Made by a program: the position numbers and the translations under genes. Of a DNA stretch of 28,712 bases, positions 24,543-28,712 are shown piece after piece; the first letter of the stretch is position 1, and every line of letters starts with the position of its first letter. Source of the DNA: Meiothermus sp. (GTDB taxonomy: Bacteria; Deinococcota; Deinococci; Deinococcales; Thermaceae); assembly GCA_033762915.1 (NCBI GenBank), contig JANRLD010000109.1:1-28712 (forward strand), read 5' to 3'. A model generated the notes under the pieces. The model was not told where the DNA came from, did not search any database, and was given only the letters and a program-made list of their open reading frames with translations.

Positions 24543-25822
24543 AGCTGCTCAACCGCCTCGAGACCCGGCTGATCCTGCTGATGATGCTGGTGGCAGCGGC
24601 GACCAGCCTGCTGGTCTACTGGCTCAACAACTACCAGCGCCAAGAGGCCTTCCGCGAGCTGCCCAGCGAGGTGCGCGACCTGCTGCGCCGCGAAGAGGGG
24701 CGGCTGCCCCCGCTGCGCTTCCCTGCCGAGGCCCGCCAGTTGCTGACCTCGGGCTACTCGGTGGTGCTGCGCCTCGAGCCTTCCGTCCGGCCCGGCGAGC
24801 CCCCCACCTTCCTGCTGCGCCCGCTCAGCGCCACCGACCCCGTGCAGCAGACCCAGGAGGTGCGGGTCGCGCCCCTGAGCCGCGGTCGAGGCCTCAGCTT
24901 CGAGGAGCGTTTGCAGCAGAACCTGCTGATCGCGGGCCTGGTCTCGACCCTGCTGGGCGGGCTGCTGGCCATCCTGCTGGTGCGGCCCAGCGTGCGCCCC
25001 ATCGAGGCCGTCTCACGCGCCGCGCAGCGCATGGCAGCGGGCGACCTGACGGTGCGGGTGCCAGGGCTGCGGGGCTGGGACGACACCTCGGCCCGGCTGG
25101 CCCAGAACTTTAATCACATGGCTGAGACGCTGGAGCGCCACGAGGCCCAGCGCAAGGCCATGATCGCCGATGTGGCCCACGAGCTGCGCACCCCGCTCAC
25201 GGTGATGCAAGGCCGCCTCGAGGCCATCCAGGACGGGGTGGTACCGCTGGAAGTCGCCGAGATCGACCGGCTGCACGGCCAGACCCTGATGCTCTCGCGG
25301 CTGGTCGAAGACCTGCGGATTCTGAGCCTGGCCGATGCGGGCAAACTGACCCTCGAGCGGCGCAAGATAGACGTGCGCGGGATCGTGGGCCAGGCGGTGG
25401 CCAGTTTCTCGGCCCAGGCCGAGGGCCGGGGGATTCGGCTCGAGCCGCGCCTGCCGGAGAAGAACGTGGAGCTGCTCGCCGACCCCATACGGCTCTCGCA
25501 AGTGCTCAACAACCTGATCGCCAACGCCCTCAACCACACCCCCGACGGCGGGCACGTCGCGGTGCGGCTGGACTTGCAGGGCGGCAAGGTGCTGCTGAGC
25601 GTCGAGGACAGCGGCCCTGGCATCCCCCGGGAGGCCCTTCCCCGCCTCTTCGACCGCTTTTACCGCGCCGAGGAGTCGCGCTCGCGCAAAACTGGCGGGA
25701 GCGGGCTGGGCCTGGCCATCGTCAAGGCGCTGGTGGAGCTGCACGGCGGCAGGGTCGAGGCCCACAACGCCGCCCAGGGGGGCGCGGTATTCGAGGTGCG
25801 GCTGCCCCTGGTGACCTCATAG
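24533..25822 (+). CDS. HAMP sensor histidine kinase (BaeS-like)
   Basis: Two TM helices, HAMP, IADVAHELRTPL, NLIANALNHTP, EDSGPGI and FDRFYRAEESRSRKTGGSGLGLAI. Overlaps the regulator stop. Confidence 0.92.
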   Translation: MVVKLLNRLETRLILLMMLVAAATSLLVYWLNNYQRQEAFRELPSEVRDLLRREEGRLPPLRFPAEARQLLTSGYSVVLRLEPSVRPGEPPTFLLRPLSATDPVQQTQEVRVAPLSRGRGLSFEERLQQNLLIAGLVSTLLGGLLAILLVRPSVRPIEAVSRAAQRMAAGDLTVRVPGLRGWDDTSARLAQNFNHMAETLERHEAQRKAMIADVAHELRTPLTVMQGRLEAIQDGVVPLEVAEIDRLHGQTLMLSRLVEDLRILSLADAGKLTLERRKIDVRGIVGQAVASFSAQAEGRGIRLEPRLPEKNVELLADPIRLSQVLNNLIANALNHTPDGGHVAVRLDLQGGKVLLSVEDSGPGIPREALPRLFDRFYRAEESRSRKTGGSGLGLAIVKALVELHGGRVEAHNAAQGGAVFEVRLPLVTS

Positions 25823-26218
25823 CCGGCCCAGGTGGGTGTTCCGGAACCCGTCGGGCAGCTTCAGCCCGTAGCCCAGCGCCCGATCGGCCCCACTGTGCAG
25901 CAGCAGGAGCAGCCCCGCGAAGCCGAGCGGGGGGGCTTGCAGCAGCAGGCCCAGCGCCAGCACCGCCCCGCCCAGCGCGTAGCTGTGGACGAGGTTGTAC
26001 AGCGCTGCCCCCAGCCGGGGGCCGCCCAGGTAGCCCAGCATCGAGAGGTCGGGCAGCAGGAACAGCGCCGGGATCAGCCACCACGGCCCGCCCAGCGCCA
26101 GCCAGGCCCACGTCGCCCCGACAAACAGCCCGAGGCCCTCGAGCCTTTGCAGCGCCACCGGGTCGAGCAAGGGGTTGTGCGGGGCTTGGGAAGAAAGACT
26201 ATCGATGTTAGTTTTCAT
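25817..26218 (-). CDS. DUF4260 family membrane protein
   Basis: RLEGL, FLLPDLSMLGYL.GPRLGA..YN..HSY and H.GADRALGYGLK...GF..THLG motifs. Convergent 3' overlap with the kinase. Confidence 0.88.
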   Translation of the reverse strand: MKTNIDSLSSQAPHNPLLDPVALQRLEGLGLFVGATWAWLALGGPWWLIPALFLLPDLSMLGYLGGPRLGAALYNLVHSYALGGAVLALGLLLQAPPLGFAGLLLLLHSGADRALGYGLKLPDGFRNTHLGRL

Positions 26219-26225
26219 AACTAAC

Positions 26226-26254
26226 ACTGTACGCCTTGGCCTCGAGCCTGTCAA
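26226..26254 (-). promoter_or_regulatory. Sigma70-type promoter of the DUF4260 gene (leaderless)
   Basis: TTGACA (26254-26249), 17 nt, TACAGT (26231-26226), 7 nt, ATG 26218. Confidence 0.75.
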
Positions 26255-26440
26255 GCCGCCTTTCTGAGCCTTGGCGCAAACCTGCGCGGCCTCGCGCGTT
26301 TTTACGTAACTTTTTGGCTTTTTTGTAACGCCCCGTAACCCCCGGTTTTTACGGCGCGAAACGCATCTCGTGACTTCCTTTGAGCCTATGATTGCTTTGT
26401 ATACCAACCAATGTACGGGGGGGTTGGGAGAGGAGCAAGC

Positions 26441-27739
26441 ATGAAGTGGAAGCATCTAAACGGGCTATTGGCCTCGAGTTTTTTCATCCTGTTGGTCGCC
26501 TGTAACAACGGTGGGGGCACCCCCGCGCCCACCGCACCTGCCGCACCCGTCGACACCGACCTGCCCAAGATCAGCCTGGGCACCACCTCCAACACCGTCA
26601 ACCTCGAGGGCGGCATCATCATTCTGACCGCCGTGGCCGAGGACAACGTGGGGGTGAGCCGGGTAGAGTTCTTCGAGGGCGCCGTCAAGATTAGCGAAGA
26701 CCTGACCGCCCCCTACAACCATTCCATCAGCTTTAGCATCGCCAACAACGGCAACAAGGTCTACACCGCCCGCGCCTTCGACGAGGCTGGCAACAAAGCC
26801 GACAGTCTTCCGGTGACGGTCGCGGTCAACATCGCGCCGCCCGACACCACCCCCCCCACCATCGTCTCGGTCTCCCCCGCTAGCAACGCCAGCGGTGTGC
26901 AGGCAGCCACCAACATCGTCATCACCTTCAGCGAGCCGATGGACAAGCTGCTTACCCAGAGCGCCTACCAGTCGGCCACCTCGGGCATCCTGCCCAGCCA
27001 GGTGCAGTTCAGTTGGAACACCGAGGGCACCGTCCTGACCGTCGACCCCAACGCCGACCTGATCTACGACCAGGGCACCAACCCCGCCACCGCCACCGCC
27101 CGCCAGTACAGCTACCAGCTCACCAACGTGGCCACCGACCTCGCGGGCAACCCCATCGTCCCCGCCAGCTATAGCTTCACCACCTCGAGGCGCATCTTCC
27201 AGGCCCTGCCGCCCCTGGGCGCGCTCTCGGGCAACGTGGACGCCGGCGGCGGGGTGAACACCGCGTCCGGCTGCACCGCCGGCGAGCCCTGCACCGGCGA
27301 CAGCACGGCCAACGCCCAGGTCCGTGGCTTTGTGAGCTACGACATGAGCGCCCTTCCGGCGGGGGTGCAGACCTTCGAGGCGGCCAACCTGAACATGAAC
27401 CAGACCGGCGGCAGCGGCAGCCCCTTCGCCACCCTCGGCAGCGTTCAGCTCGAGCACGTCAACTTCGCCACCCTAGACTCGGCCTCGGCCTTCAACGCCA
27501 CCGCCCTGCTGGCCCTGGGGACCATCTCGAGCGACGGCACCGCCACGGTTAAGTCGCGGAGCGTGCTGGCCGCCGTCCAGGACGACTACGCCAACCGGGC
27601 CGCCCGGGGCAACCGCACCCAGTACCGCCTGAGCTTCGCTACCGCCACCGACACCGACGGCACACCGGACGTGGTGCGCTTTGCTGCCCCCACCGCCGGC
27701 ATTCCCTCGGCACTTTCGGTAACCTACCTGTTGCCCTAA
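26441..27739 (+). CDS. Lipoprotein with bacterial Ig-like domains
   Basis: Lipobox LVAC; A.AEDNVGVSRVEF..G ..TARAFDEAGN; DTTPPTIVSVSPA...I.ITFSEPMD ..DLAGN (SbsA/Big_5-like). GAGGAG RBS. Confidence 0.85.
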   Translation: MKWKHLNGLLASSFFILLVACNNGGGTPAPTAPAAPVDTDLPKISLGTTSNTVNLEGGIIILTAVAEDNVGVSRVEFFEGAVKISEDLTAPYNHSISFSIANNGNKVYTARAFDEAGNKADSLPVTVAVNIAPPDTTPPTIVSVSPASNASGVQAATNIVITFSEPMDKLLTQSAYQSATSGILPSQVQFSWNTEGTVLTVDPNADLIYDQGTNPATATARQYSYQLTNVATDLAGNPIVPASYSFTTSRRIFQALPPLGALSGNVDAGGGVNTASGCTAGEPCTGDSTANAQVRGFVSYDMSALPAGVQTFEAANLNMNQTGGSGSPFATLGSVQLEHVNFATLDSASAFNATALLALGTISSDGTATVKSRSVLAAVQDDYANRAARGNRTQYRLSFATATDTDGTPDVVRFAAPTAGIPSALSVTYLLP

Positions 27740-27769
27740 AGCTGAACCGCAGAAGCCTCGAGACCCTTC

Positions 27770-27810
27770 AAACAACGCAACGGGCCAGACAACGGCCCGT
27801 TGCGTTGTTT
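27770..27810. terminator. Long perfect hairpin terminator
   Basis: aaacaacgcaacgggcc / ggcccgttgcgttgttt, a 17-bp stem with a 7-nt loop. Confidence 0.75.
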
Positions 27811-27840
27811 AGGCTTGAGCTTTTCTTTTGCGATCTTTTC

Positions 27841-27874
27841 CATAACGCCGATATAACGCTAGGCTTGCTAGTTT
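27841..27874 (+). promoter_or_regulatory. Direct-repeat operator ATAACGC-N4-ATAACGC plus extended -10
   Basis: cataacgccgatataacgc is identical to 28612-28630; followed by 9 nt ending in TGc, then TAGTTT (27869-27874). Confidence 0.65.
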
Positions 27875-27917
27875 ATTGCCAGCCAACCAGAAACGAGTTG
27901 GAAAAGGAGAGGTTAAG

Positions 27918-28535
27918 ATGAAAATTTTTCAGATGCTGTTTTTGTTGGGGTTCTTGTCGCTGACGGCGGCTTGCACGGGCGCTGCTGGCCCCAAGGGAGA
28001 TACGGGCGCTGCTGGTCCTACCGGTCCTACTGGTCCTGCTGGCCCGCCAGGGTCAGCCAATGTGATTTACTCGGCTTGGGTAACCTCTCCCAACAACTCA
28101 GAGGATCGCGTTATTGACGGAACCTGTGTTCGGATGCGCCGGTTACCCGCACCCCTGCTTACCCAGGAAAACATCGACCGGGCGGCTATCATTGTGTATA
28201 TGCGGGTCGGCAGCATCGGTCCCTACAAGCTGCCCTACACTTCCGATGCGGGCGGTGCCACCAATCAGGTCAACTACTCTATTCGCGCAGCAACCGCGAA
28301 CGACCAGTTTCTGGGCAATGCCCAGCCCGCCCAATTCTGGATATATCGCCACACCTTCAACACCTGCCGCTTTAACAGCGGAGTTCCTGAATCCTTCCCC
28401 GGTCAACCAGTACTGATTAATCTGCCCCAGTCCCTCGAGTATCGCTACATAATTATCCCGGGCGGCGTGGCTGCTGCCAGCATTCAAGACCTCAGCTACC
28501 AGGAAGTTGTCGCCAGATACAACATCCCTGAGTAG
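27918..28535 (+). CDS. Collagen-like (Gly-X-Y) lipoprotein
   Basis: Lipobox TAAC; GAAGPKGDTGAAGPTGPTGPAGPPGS; ANVIYSAW ... YRYIIIPGG. AAGGAGAGG RBS; visibly lower GC. Confidence 0.82.
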   Translation: MKIFQMLFLLGFLSLTAACTGAAGPKGDTGAAGPTGPTGPAGPPGSANVIYSAWVTSPNNSEDRVIDGTCVRMRRLPAPLLTQENIDRAAIIVYMRVGSIGPYKLPYTSDAGGATNQVNYSIRAATANDQFLGNAQPAQFWIYRHTFNTCRFNSGVPESFPGQPVLINLPQSLEYRYIIIPGGVAAASIQDLSYQEVVARYNIPE

Positions 28536-28560
28536 ATAACCGACCATGCAGCCTGTAAAG

Positions 28561-28595
28561 GGGCTCGAGGCAAACGCCTCGAGCCCTCTACTTTT
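28561..28595 (+). terminator. CTCGAG-core hairpin
   Basis: gggctcgaggc-aaac-gcctcgagccc followed by tctactttt. Confidence 0.65.
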
Positions 28596-28611
28596 GCATA
28601 CACAATTTTTT

Positions 28612-28645
28612 CATAACGCCGATATAACGCCCCCCTTGCTAGGCT
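28612..28645 (+). promoter_or_regulatory. Second copy of the ATAACGC direct-repeat operator plus extended -10
   Basis: cataacgccgatataacgc, then 9 nt ending in TGc, then TAGGCT (28640-28645). Confidence 0.65.
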
Positions 28646-28697
28646 TGCCCCACGTCCAAGTAAGGGTGCAGGGCTAGGGTTGGACGGGGAGGTTTGC

Positions 28698-28712
28698 ATG
28701 AAATGGTTGAAG
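28698..28712 (+). CDS. Start of the next gene (MKWLK...), truncated by the window edge
   Basis: GGAGG RBS followed by ATG AAA TGG TTG AAG. Only 5 codons are visible. Confidence 0.5.

Overview
GC-rich (roughly 68% by eye) bacterial chromosomal window. Taxonomy is inferred, not proven: most likely Deinococcota, Thermaceae (Meiothermus/Calidithermus-like), based on heavy CTCGAG usage, frequent TANNNT boxes 5-8 nt upstream of start codons (leaderless genes) and gene content. From left to right it holds: the 5' end of a GH4 alpha-galactosidase, a stand-alone receiver protein, a decayed PAS-GAF kinase and xylB; an acetylation/deacetylation-rich cluster (NodB deacetylase, HGSNAT-like membrane acyltransferase, membrane HNH-like protein, DUF421, a frameshifted OmpR regulator plus its kinase, PIG-L deacetylase, GNAT); a SnoaL/Rieske/ferritin-like/CHRD run with three Tat-like signals; MFS and SRPBCC genes; an S8 protease lipoprotein; uppS, an acidic protein and deoB; two paralogous secreted LTxxQ-like proteins followed by a BaeSR/CpxRA-like two-component system; DUF4260; and a run of lipoprotein genes. 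The most notable signals are: (i) three promoters (both paralogs and the regulator) sharing phased 11-bp CAY repeats at a fixed distance from a weak -10, i.e. a readable candidate envelope-stress regulon; (ii) a second shared operator, ATAACGC-N4-ATAACGC, upstream of the lipoprotein-region genes; (iii) several families of dispersed structured intergenic repeats; (iv) a tandem DnaA-box pair inside deoB. No rRNA, tRNA, CRISPR array or transposase was seen.
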